Shown: positions 52,508 through 61,020 of the stretch, in pieces | Numbering within the stretch: position 1 is the stretch's first letter | Layout: each line of letters opens with the position of its first letter | NCBI GenBank assembly: GCA_022842995.1 | Contig: JALHOM010000001.1 | Location: 77,985-141,984, forward strand | Direction: 5' to 3' | Length of the DNA stretch: 64,000 nt | Source: Candidatus Saccharimonadota bacterium | GTDB lineage: Bacteria; Patescibacteriota; Saccharimonadia; Saccharimonadales; 2-12-FULL-41-12 | Notes under the pieces: model-generated | The model's input: only the letters and a program-made list of their open reading frames with translations | What the model was told of the DNA's origin: nothing | The model's database searches: none | Position numbers and translations under genes: made by a program

Positions 52508-54148
52508 TTACATCATGCCGCCCATACCACCCATATCTGGGGCGGCTGGGGCTTTTGGCTCAGGAACATCGACGACGAGAGCGCCCATGGTCATAGATGT
52601 GCCTGCAATGGAAACTGAGTTTAAAATCGCTTCTTTAGTCACGCGAGCAGGGTCAACAACACCACTCGCTTTCATGTCGACCAGCGAAGTTGGATCGTTA
52701 ACATTAACACCTTGACCAGCTTTGCCTTTTTTAACCTGAGGCAACCATTCGTCGGCGTTAAGACCTGCATTGGTCAGCAGGATTCTAAACGGCTGTTCGA
52801 GGGCGGTTTTGAGGATCTGACGGCCAGCAACTTCTGAAGTTGAGCCTTCTACCACAATGCCATCTGCAACGTTGACAAGAGTTACGCCACCACCCGGCAC
52901 AATTCCCTCGTCCAAAGCTGCTTTTACAGCCGCCACGGCGTCGTCGACGCGGAATTTCTTTTCCTCTATCTCGGTCTCGGTGGCTCCACCGACCTTTATG
53001 ACGGCAACTTTGCCAGATAACGCAGCTTTGCGACTGGTCAAATTATCGCGGTCGTAGCTCGACTTGGTATTGATAGCCTGGACGTCGATTTGGCCAATGC
53101 GCTTTTCGACTTCAGCCAGTTTGCCGGCTCCTTCAACAATAGTGGTCGCGTCTTTGGTAACGATCACCTTACGAGCTGAACCGAAGACCGTTTCGTCGAC
53201 ACTGTCGAACTTCATGCCTTGATCTTCAGTGATCACTTGGCCACCAGTTAAAATGGCAATATCCTGCAAGATATCTTTTCGCTTATCGCCGAATGAAGGC
53301 GCTTTGATAGCAACGACGTTCAAAACGCCCTTGAGCTTGTTGAGAACTAAGGTTCCGAGCGCTTCGCCTTCTAGGTCTTCGGCGATAATAAGAATATCTT
53401 TTTTGCCGGTCTGAGCTATCTTTTCAAGGACGGGTAAGAACTCTTGGATAGAGCTGATTTTTTTGTCAGTAATAATGATGTTTGGCTTGTCGAGAACAGC
53501 CTCCATGCGGGCCGTGTCGGTAACCATGTACGGGCTCACAAAACCACGATCAATCGTGAAGCCTTCTACAACTTCGCTCTCCAGACCAAGTCCTTGGCCT
53601 TGTTCAACCGTTACGACGCCGTCTTTGCCGACTTTGTCGATTACATCGGCAATTAACTCACCGATTTCTGGATCGCCAGCCGAAATAGTGGCGACTTCTG
53701 CGACGCGCTTTTTGTTGCTTTTGATATCTTCTTTAAGCTTATCGAGCTCGGCAATAACTTCGGTGGCGGCCTGTTCGAGACCCTTTCGAAGTAGCATCGG
53801 GTTATGGCCAGCAGCAATCAGCTTGTTGGCCTCGTTCAAGATATGATAGGTCAATACGGTAACGGTAGTTGTTCCGTCTCCTGCTACGTCGTTCATCTTG
53901 TTGGCGGCTTGCTTAATAAGTTCGGCGCCGACTTTGTAGCCCAAAGTTTCGTCGTCTACATCGGCGATTTCTACGCCTTTAGCTACGGTGACGCCGTCGT
54001 GCGTTACGGTTGGGCTGCCGTAGCTTTTGCTAATAACCACGTTGCGACCCTTTGGACCCATGGTTGTTTTGACCGCGTTATATAAGATCTGTGCGCCCGC
54101 TAGCACTCGCCTGCGAGCATCATCATCATAAAATACTTTCTTTGCCAT
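52508..54148 (-). CDS. groEL: chaperonin GroEL
   Basis: 546 aa. AKKVFYDDDARRR..., ALDEGIVPGGG, and a C-terminal GGMGGMM. Confidence 0.97.
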   Translation of the reverse strand: MAKKVFYDDDARRRVLAGAQILYNAVKTTMGPKGRNVVISKSYGSPTVTHDGVTVAKGVEIADVDDETLGYKVGAELIKQAANKMNDVAGDGTTTVTVLTYHILNEANKLIAAGHNPMLLRKGLEQAATEVIAELDKLKEDIKSNKKRVAEVATISAGDPEIGELIADVIDKVGKDGVVTVEQGQGLGLESEVVEGFTIDRGFVSPYMVTDTARMEAVLDKPNIIITDKKISSIQEFLPVLEKIAQTGKKDILIIAEDLEGEALGTLVLNKLKGVLNVVAIKAPSFGDKRKDILQDIAILTGGQVITEDQGMKFDSVDETVFGSARKVIVTKDATTIVEGAGKLAEVEKRIGQIDVQAINTKSSYDRDNLTSRKAALSGKVAVIKVGGATETEIEEKKFRVDDAVAAVKAALDEGIVPGGGVTLVNVADGIVVEGSTSEVAGRQILKTALEQPFRILLTNAGLNADEWLPQVKKGKAGQGVNVNDPTSLVDMKASGVVDPARVTKEAILNSVSIAGTSMTMGALVVDVPEPKAPAAPDMGGMGGMM

Positions 54149-54193
54149 TTACTTACTCCTCATTCTTTCGGGTTGTTAGCATAGTCTCAGCTC

Positions 54194-54242
54194 ATAACTC
54201 ATAACTGATAACTGATAACTGATAACTGATAACTGATAACAC
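54194..54242. repeat. seven tandem heptamers (ATAACTG on plus, CAGTTAT on the mRNA strand) in the groES-groEL spacer
   Basis: ataactc ataactg x5 ataacac. The array starts at the base after the groES stop codon. Confidence 0.9.
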
Positions 54243-54536
54243 TTATTTTACCGTCGCCAGGACGTCCTCTTCTCGAACTAAAATATAGTCTTGATCGCCG
54301 ACTTTAACATCGGTAGTGCTGTAGCTTTTATACACAATTTTGTCGCCAACTTTAAGGTTGACCGGGATCCGTTCGTTGTCGTCACCGACCTTCCCGGGAC
54401 CAACAGCTACGACAACTGCCGTCTTAGGTTTTTCGGTTGCGTTGTCTGGTAAATAGAGACCGCTTGCCGTCTTGTTGCTGGCTTCTTCTACCTGAGCAAC
54501 GATGTAGTCTGATAAAGGATTGATTGGGACTGGCAT
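54243..54536 (-). CDS. groES: co-chaperonin GroES
   Basis: 97 aa. Typical ...ASGLYLPDNATEKP...GKVGDD... pattern. AGGAGG RBS. Confidence 0.95.
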   Translation of the reverse strand: MPVPINPLSDYIVAQVEEASNKTASGLYLPDNATEKPKTAVVVAVGPGKVGDDNERIPVNLKVGDKIVYKSYSTTDVKVGDQDYILVREEDVLATVK

Positions 54537-54574
54537 TATATATCCTCCTGTTATAGCAATGTTATAAAGGTTCG

Positions 54575-54601
54575 TTAGCGCTCTCTCGCATTGAGCGCTA
54601 A
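54575..54601. promoter_or_regulatory. CIRCE-like inverted repeat, variant
   Basis: TTAGCGCTC-N9-GAGCGCTAA in the groES 5' UTR. Confidence 0.6.
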
Positions 54602-54605
54602 CGAT

Positions 54606-54632
54606 CTAGCACTCAATATATACGAGTGCTAA
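54606..54632. promoter_or_regulatory. CIRCE operator (HrcA-type)
   Basis: Minus strand TTAGCACTC-N9-GAGTGCTAG. The consensus is TTAGCACTC-N9-GAGTGCTAA. Confidence 0.8.
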
Positions 54633-54643
54633 AAGTGCGTCAA
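54615..54643 (-). promoter_or_regulatory. groESL promoter candidate overlapping CIRCE
   Basis: Minus strand TTGACG-N17-TATATT. Confidence 0.5.
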
Positions 54644-54804
54644 GAGTCCGTCTAATTACCGTATCTTCTGGCTAGTTTCCGGTATCTACGGACTTCTACT
54701 GCCATAGGCAACGACACTCCTGAACGTGTACCCTCCTCAGTCTGTTGACGCGACTCATTATAAATAATGGCGTTGTTATGATTACGTTAGTGTTATTAAT
54801 ATTT

Positions 54805-54833
54805 TTGATAGGATAACAATATTGTGCTACTAT
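54805..54833 (+). promoter_or_regulatory. promoter candidate for the GT2/deacetylase operon
   Basis: TTGATA-N17-TACTAT with TGc directly upstream of the -10 element. Confidence 0.4.
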
Positions 54834-54923
54834 TTTTAGTAATCTGAGCCTTAAGAGTGGTGTGGCGCCATGTGGGCTGAGCTTTGTAATTGACTAAAGA
54901 CAACACTAATTATTGATAGGGTT

Positions 54924-56024
54924 TTGCTAAAATTGACCAAGGTAAAGCAGCGACGACTCGCCTTACTCATACCTGCACATAACGAAGCGGTAGTTATTCA
55001 AAACACCCTCAACTCAGCCATTAACGCCGGCTTAAACCGCAGGGATATCTACCTCGTAGACGATGCTTCGAGTGACGAAACGCTCCTCAAAGCCGGAGAG
55101 ATTCTGCCGATTACCAACATTCTAAAAGTCGAGCATAGCGGAAAAGCCGGCGCCATTTCTAAAGCAATCGACTATTTCGAAATTGAAAAAAAATACACAT
55201 GGCTACACGTTGCCGACGCCGACAGCATGTTTGCGACCAACTATTTTCACGTGTTGATACCCGCTTTGAACGATAAATACGTAGCTACCATTGGCATGGT
55301 CCAAAGCATGCGCGGAAACTGGCTATGTTCGTACAGGGCTATTAGCTACACCTGGGGTCAACAAGTAATCAGGCGGATTCAAGCAGCGCTAGGAATGATC
55401 AGTATCTTGCCTGGTCCAACGACGAGCTTTCGAACCGACATCATCAAGAAACTAGATTTTCATACCCAAAGCCTCACCGAAGATTTTGACCTTACGCTTC
55501 AAATTCACCGCAATAAACTCGGCAAAATTAAGTTCGTGCCCGAGGCGGTCAACTACACCCAAGACCCAAACACTATCTACGACTATGCGACGCAGAGCCT
55601 ACGCTGGTACAGAGGCTTCTTCCAAGGTGTTAGACGCTATAAAATTGGCCTTCGCCCGCACCGGATCGACCTCGCTATCTGGCTGGTGGTTGGGGATTTA
55701 TTGATTTCTTTGGTTCAACTCCTTCTGGCGATATACATCGTTGTATTTGCCAGTAATTACCTCGAGAAGTTGGGGCAGTATATTTTGATTGATATCGGTC
55801 TGGTTTTGTTTATTATCATATTTACCGCAGTTTTGACGAAGCGCTTCAGAATATTGGGCGCGCTGTTTTATTACTACCTCGTCAAAAACTTTGAGCTTGC
55901 ACTCTTTATACGAGCATTCATCGAGGTAATCGTGCTCCGAAAGTTCAGACAGCCATCGGTCGGCTGGAAGGTCGCCGGTCGTCGCTACAAGATAACCAAA
56001 GAAGCAATGGCGGATTTCGCATGA
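54924..56024 (+). CDS. processive family-2 glycosyltransferase (PgaC/IcaA/NodC-like polysaccharide synthase)
   Basis: LLIPAHNE, YLVDDASSDET, VADADS, and QSLRWYRG (QxxRW), with C-terminal TM helices. TTG start. Confidence 0.75.
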   Translation: MLKLTKVKQRRLALLIPAHNEAVVIQNTLNSAINAGLNRRDIYLVDDASSDETLLKAGEILPITNILKVEHSGKAGAISKAIDYFEIEKKYTWLHVADADSMFATNYFHVLIPALNDKYVATIGMVQSMRGNWLCSYRAISYTWGQQVIRRIQAALGMISILPGPTTSFRTDIIKKLDFHTQSLTEDFDLTLQIHRNKLGKIKFVPEAVNYTQDPNTIYDYATQSLRWYRGFFQGVRRYKIGLRPHRIDLAIWLVVGDLLISLVQLLLAIYIVVFASNYLEKLGQYILIDIGLVLFIIIFTAVLTKRFRILGALFYYYLVKNFELALFIRAFIEVIVLRKFRQPSVGWKVAGRRYKITKEAMADFA

Positions 56025-57388
56025 GCAAATCACTCGTCTGGAAACAGTTTAAGAAATCGATCTTTTTGGCCTTCGTCGTGTGGGCGGTAATAGTTGTTGG
56101 ATCGATCAAACTCTACACTACTTCTAAGGCGAGTGAGTCTCTCGGGCTCGGAAGAGTCCTTGCCGAGCCAACTCTGGCGTGCTCAGCCGATCAATACCGA
56201 GGCGACCGCGACAAACCAACCTACACCCCTCCCCTGTCAGAAGTGGATGACCTCTATCAGGCATCCCTGACGAGCCCCAACCTGGTCTTGAACCCATCCA
56301 TGACCGATCGTGACGAGACAAAAGGAGTTACTGGCTTTATTTACCTGCCGACAACCGAGCCGATTACGCACCAAGTTTTACAAGAAACTGATGGAAGCTA
56401 CTATCTCAACGCTTCGCTAAACGACACGCCCAAACAACCCGCTGCGGGGTGGCTACACGCGCCGGTGTCTATCGAAAAAGGGTCATATTACTATTCGTTC
56501 GAATATCGCGGCACCGCGAGTGGACCGGTGATCCTAGAGACAACCGACCAGAGCGGCATCAAAGCATATAGGTCACTGCATAATCTCAAGGCCACAAATG
56601 AGTGGACGAGTGTTGAAGGCCATATTCTTAACCTTGACGGCAAGTACCAATCAGTGCGAATTTCGCTGACGCTTGCCAAAAAAGGCACCTCCGACTACCG
56701 CAAGCCAAGCCTTCACAAGCTCACTGACAGACCCCTGTCGGAAGCCCATATCAGCGTTAGCTTTGACGATGGCTGGAGCAGTGTATACACCAACGCCTAC
56801 CCGCTTCTAGAGAAATACAGCATTGACTCGACTCAGTTCATAAACCCACTATCGGCCAAAGAAAAACTACCAGGTTATATGGACTTCAAACAGATACGCA
56901 AGATGGCATCAGACGGGCACGAAATTGGCTCTCACTCACTAAAACACTGCTCCCAGACTGCCCTGACCGCCGAAGAACTAGAAGACGATGCCCGACAATC
57001 AGAAAAGATATTTGCCTCAGAAGGCTTCCCCCCGGCCCTTGGTTTTGCCTATCCGTTCGGCGCTTATGACCCCGTTACCAATGCCAGCAAACAAAACTTT
57101 CACAGTTACATTCGAACTTCCGACATCGGACTTAACGACGGATACTACGATGTAAGCAATCTCCGTTCGTTTACGGTCGAAGCGACAACGCCTCTCGAGG
57201 AAGTTCAGCAGTGGATTGATTACAGCAAACAACATAAGTTATGGCTGATTTTAGTCTTCCACAACATCGATGGCGAAGGCTCGTTCAATGTCGACAACAC
57301 CAAGATGGAAAACGTACTCAAAGCTATTTCCGCCAGTGGCGCTAAGTCAGGCACTATCTCTGAAACACTCAAAGAACTAAAACAGTAA
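56021..57388 (+). CDS. polysaccharide deacetylase (NodB/CE4 domain) with an N-terminal anchor and extra domain
   Basis: SFDDGWSS and GHEIGSHSLKH CE4 motifs. ATGA overlap with the GT2 gene. Confidence 0.75.
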   Translation: MSKSLVWKQFKKSIFLAFVVWAVIVVGSIKLYTTSKASESLGLGRVLAEPTLACSADQYRGDRDKPTYTPPLSEVDDLYQASLTSPNLVLNPSMTDRDETKGVTGFIYLPTTEPITHQVLQETDGSYYLNASLNDTPKQPAAGWLHAPVSIEKGSYYYSFEYRGTASGPVILETTDQSGIKAYRSLHNLKATNEWTSVEGHILNLDGKYQSVRISLTLAKKGTSDYRKPSLHKLTDRPLSEAHISVSFDDGWSSVYTNAYPLLEKYSIDSTQFINPLSAKEKLPGYMDFKQIRKMASDGHEIGSHSLKHCSQTALTAEELEDDARQSEKIFASEGFPPALGFAYPFGAYDPVTNASKQNFHSYIRTSDIGLNDGYYDVSNLRSFTVEATTPLEEVQQWIDYSKQHKLWLILVFHNIDGEGSFNVDNTKMENVLKAISASGAKSGTISETLKELKQ

Positions 57389-57400
57389 CTCCTCGGCGCA

Positions 57401-58594
57401 ATGACACCAGAAATATCTTCTCCTGAACGCGATTGTATTATTTATCTAGTCGCGTCCGAAGATACAAACCCGGAGCAATCAGACCAAGATCTCAGAAAGT
57501 CACTACGGATTCACGGCATAGAATTCACTCCATCGTCGGTCACTGAAAGCGTCTATGCTCAGGTGAAAATTACTGGTAAAAGAGCCCTCCAAGAAGGACG
57601 ACGTCCGAATTTTATGACCGATCTCCCGCCAATAACTCCGGATTCGCTTGATACTCTTAGCGATTCAATCACGAATGTTGCGAGACACGCTCTTGCCACC
57701 GCGAAACTCAGCAACGGTACTCCACTAGACACGAGGGGCTCCCGAGACGAAGTTATAACAGGCCTCAAAGCAGGCTTTCTGCTCTCTTCATTTTGTGGAC
57801 CATGTAAGTTTGCGGCTATCTGTCCTACGAACGCCGAGCTTCGCGACAGGCAAGCAAATGGGGATGCGAAGCTTCGAGAACTCGCCGAATTACCCACAAC
57901 ACTTCTCGGTAAGCAAATTTCTGATAGTTTCTGGGCAATATACAGAAACAATGCCGAACTTGGAAAAGGCCATCACTCAACCGAAGATACAAAAAGAGCT
58001 GAACAGAACTCCTCAACACGATCAAAAATAGTCGACGCACTCATTCGCGTTCGAGGTCCAATGCGCAACGTTGCAATGACCCAAGCTATGAATAATATAG
58101 GCGCGTATCTCAGAAACCCACAAGTTCTTGAGGGTTGGGAAGGTTTTATAAAAGGCCTTGCCATTGAAGTGTACGTCTATCGAGCACTTCGAGAAGCATA
58201 CGGCGAACATGCAATACAAAAGACGTCCGTTCATCAAGACGTCCATGAACACACCGATTGGTTGCTCTTACTTGCTGATAACCGGTTGCGTATAGATGCA
58301 AAATCTCGACGTAAATTCAAAGATCACACGTATGAGCACAACTCCACGTCGCTCAACGAAATTGGCGTTCACATTAGCAGACCCAACCCTATAGCCTGCC
58401 GAGATAAACTAGACATACTCGTAATCACCCCTGTAATTGGCGAAAAGAAACGCGGACAACGTTACTATGACGAATTCTTAACAGTAACCATCGGCGATGA
58501 GGATTATCGATTCTACGATCTCGATGTACCGGTAACGGAACACTTCCTGGCATTACTACAAGACGCTGTAGCCAAATTTAGCTCTTCAAAATAA
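57401..58594 (+). CDS. hypothetical protein with a PD-(D/E)xK nuclease-like motif (paralog 1)
   Basis: AIEVYVYRAL ... HTDWLLLLADNRLRIDAKS, i.e. an E ... D ... DxK arrangement. Confidence 0.45.
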   Translation: MTPEISSPERDCIIYLVASEDTNPEQSDQDLRKSLRIHGIEFTPSSVTESVYAQVKITGKRALQEGRRPNFMTDLPPITPDSLDTLSDSITNVARHALATAKLSNGTPLDTRGSRDEVITGLKAGFLLSSFCGPCKFAAICPTNAELRDRQANGDAKLRELAELPTTLLGKQISDSFWAIYRNNAELGKGHHSTEDTKRAEQNSSTRSKIVDALIRVRGPMRNVAMTQAMNNIGAYLRNPQVLEGWEGFIKGLAIEVYVYRALREAYGEHAIQKTSVHQDVHEHTDWLLLLADNRLRIDAKSRRKFKDHTYEHNSTSLNEIGVHISRPNPIACRDKLDILVITPVIGEKKRGQRYYDEFLTVTIGDEDYRFYDLDVPVTEHFLALLQDAVAKFSSSK

Positions 58595-58626
58595 ATAAAC
58601 CAGCAATAAAATTTAAATCAAAATAC

Positions 58627-58655
58627 TTGCCTAAAAATACTTATCGTTATATAAT
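58627..58655 (+). promoter_or_regulatory. promoter candidate for CDS 58735-59700
   Basis: TTGCCT-N17-TATAAT. A CCCCGA-8 nt-TCGGGG hairpin follows at the predicted 5' end. Confidence 0.5.
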
Positions 58656-58734
58656 ATAGTTAATCTCCCCGAACTTACGCTCGGGGAATTGCGAGGGAAG
58701 GATTAAATTCTCCAATCAACAAAGTGACCGCACG

Positions 58735-59700
58735 ATGCTCACTCTAGAAACAAACAAAACTCCAAAACTAAAACCACAGTTACCTCCTGCGTCTACTAGC
58801 GATGCGGTGATTCACGATATTGCCGAGCAAAATATCGCGGCTGCAAGCATGGCGACACTGTTCGGAAGAGTCTCGATAATCCCCGGCAGAGCGACTGGCA
58901 ATATTTTCAGCTGGCCACAGCAACCGATTCACCCGTCGCCACCCCACGACCCCTTGTCGCTCGGCGTTAACGTGGCACTGAGATCAGTCGAGATAAATAC
59001 CCTCCACCCCGAGCCTAAACACACACAAGCCGAGAAACAAAAAATCTCAAATAAAAAAACCGGCTTAATTAAACTTAATCAAATGGATAAAGTTGGTTTA
59101 ACAGAGGTGATCTCGGCAATCAACCGGGACGAAAGAGACGCTGTAATTTCGGACTGGCTTAGAGTGCTCGCCCCAAACTTGGCAAGTCGCAAACATATCA
59201 TTCACTTAAGCAAGGTTATAAACGGCATCGGAACCGAAATTACCCTTGCCGAATCAATCGAACAGCTCTACGGATACCGCTACCGAAAGGCGACATTAGC
59301 CGAAGACAGACTACAGGCAACAGACCTAATCTTGATGCATCCAAAAGGCCTAGCGATTAGACTAGACGCCAAATCACCTTCTTCTCTGAGGGTTCTAACA
59401 GATAAAGGCAGGGCGAAACCCCTTAATGAAACGACGGCAATCGGCAATAAGAAGCTTACTCTGGTCGGTGGGTTTACGGCCTTTAATGTGCCGATCTTAT
59501 ACGCGGCACCTGCAATCGCCCCGCACCAAATAGAAGTCGATACCGTGCGAGGTAAGATCCATTTCAACTCACAATCCAGCCCACCGCTTAAGAGCGAACT
59601 TATCAATTTGCGAGAAGGTTGCGAGCGGTTCATCGAACTATATCCAACCTCCGTGCGAGAGCTGTGTTTAGCAGAATCTGCAGAATTAGTAACCGTGTAA
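58735..59700 (+). CDS. hypothetical protein with a PD-(D/E)xK nuclease-like motif (paralog 2)
   Basis: TLAESIEQLYGY ... ATDLILMHPKGLAIRLDAKS. Same motif order and spacing as paralog 1. Confidence 0.45.
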   Translation: MLTLETNKTPKLKPQLPPASTSDAVIHDIAEQNIAAASMATLFGRVSIIPGRATGNIFSWPQQPIHPSPPHDPLSLGVNVALRSVEINTLHPEPKHTQAEKQKISNKKTGLIKLNQMDKVGLTEVISAINRDERDAVISDWLRVLAPNLASRKHIIHLSKVINGIGTEITLAESIEQLYGYRYRKATLAEDRLQATDLILMHPKGLAIRLDAKSPSSLRVLTDKGRAKPLNETTAIGNKKLTLVGGFTAFNVPILYAAPAIAPHQIEVDTVRGKIHFNSQSSPPLKSELINLREGCERFIELYPTSVRELCLAESAELVTV

Positions 59701-59707
59701 GCGCAAA

Positions 59708-60982
59708 CTACCGGAGGAGTTTGCGGGCGATGTCGCGCTCGTCCCAAGGCTCTTTTTTGCCACCCATATTGCGGTAATTTTCGTGGCCGATGCCCGTCAG
59801 GAGCACCGTGTCGCCTTTTTTAGCTTCTGAAAAGGCCTGTTTGATGGCAGATAATCGATCTTCAATAACCGCTGTTTTTGTCTGAGCTTTGGCGGCAATT
59901 ATACCTTCGAGCACCATGTCTCTGATGGATTTGGGATCTTCGGTATATGTCTCATCATCTGTTAGATAAATAGCGTCTGCAAGCTTGCCAACCTCTTCGC
60001 CCATGGACTTTCGCTTTGACTTATCTCTATCTCCCGTAGCACCAAAGACTATCCTGAGCTTCCCTGAGGTCAGTGGGCGAAGGGTTTCGAGAGCATTCTG
60101 GAGCGCGTCTGGCGTATAAGCAAAGTCAACCAAGACTGCGAAATTCTGCCCTTCGTCAATCTGTTCCATGCGGCCTGGGACGGCCTCTAGCTCAGCCACT
60201 CCTGCAACTATTTTTTTACTGTCGAGATCTAAAATTGCCCCAACGGCTACCGCACAGAGTGCGTTGTAGACATTGAATTTTCCGAGTAATTTCGTCGTGA
60301 AATCGACTTTTTTGCCATGCACGAGCGCCGTAAACTTCGACCCGTGAGCACTATTTGTCATCTGCGTTAACTTGAGGTCAGCCTGTTTAGCCATGCCGAT
60401 TATCGTCTGCTGATCGCCGGCTCTCTTGGAAAAGAAATCAAACCACTCATCATCACCGTTCAATATTGCCTGCTTGGCATGATATTTCGTGAACAACAAG
60501 GCCTTGGCTGTGGCGTACTTTTCCATCGTTTTGTGATAGTCCAGATGATCTTGAGTAAGATTAGTGACTATCCCAATTTCTGGCTTAAGACCCCCTACCC
60601 TACCCTGGTGAAGCGCCATGGACGTAACTTCCATAATTACCCAGTCCACCCCAGCGTCGCGCGCCTTTGCAAAGAACCGTTGCACCGAAGCCTGAGAGGT
60701 GACCGTCATATGCGTATGGTTAGGCATCTGTTCACCAGCTATCTCGAAATAGGCAGTTGTATACACTGCCGTTTTGAGCCCAGCGGCCTTCAGCACACTG
60801 TTCACATACGACGAAGTGGTTGTTTTGCCGTTTGTGCCAGTAATGGCGATGACTTTTAGCTTGCGCACTGGATAACCGTATTTGGCCTGCCAAAATTGTG
60901 AACGACTACCTCGATATGTCTTTTCTAACCCTGTAACTGCTGACTTTGGAACAACTTTTCTGACGATTTTTTTCGGATTCAT
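59708..60982 (-). CDS. murE: Mur ligase, MurE-like
   Basis: ITGTNGKTTT, VDFAYTPDAL and GATGDRDKSKR. Short N-terminus. LTDDETYTEDP occupies the place of the DNPR motif. Confidence 0.75.
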   Translation of the reverse strand: MNPKKIVRKVVPKSAVTGLEKTYRGSRSQFWQAKYGYPVRKLKVIAITGTNGKTTTSSYVNSVLKAAGLKTAVYTTAYFEIAGEQMPNHTHMTVTSQASVQRFFAKARDAGVDWVIMEVTSMALHQGRVGGLKPEIGIVTNLTQDHLDYHKTMEKYATAKALLFTKYHAKQAILNGDDEWFDFFSKRAGDQQTIIGMAKQADLKLTQMTNSAHGSKFTALVHGKKVDFTTKLLGKFNVYNALCAVAVGAILDLDSKKIVAGVAELEAVPGRMEQIDEGQNFAVLVDFAYTPDALQNALETLRPLTSGKLRIVFGATGDRDKSKRKSMGEEVGKLADAIYLTDDETYTEDPKSIRDMVLEGIIAAKAQTKTAVIEDRLSAIKQAFSEAKKGDTVLLTGIGHENYRNMGGKKEPWDERDIARKLLR

Positions 60983-61020
60983 AGCTTAATGATATCAATT
61001 TCCTTGGTATGATGTATGAG

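Noticed and set aside
54537-54923. Replication origin suggested by the switch from mostly minus-strand to mostly plus-strand genes.
   Set aside because: There is only one weak DnaA-box-like string (GGATAACAA) and no dnaA/dnaN nearby. Plus-strand genes also occur earlier in the window. The region is adequately explained by two divergent promoters plus CIRCE.
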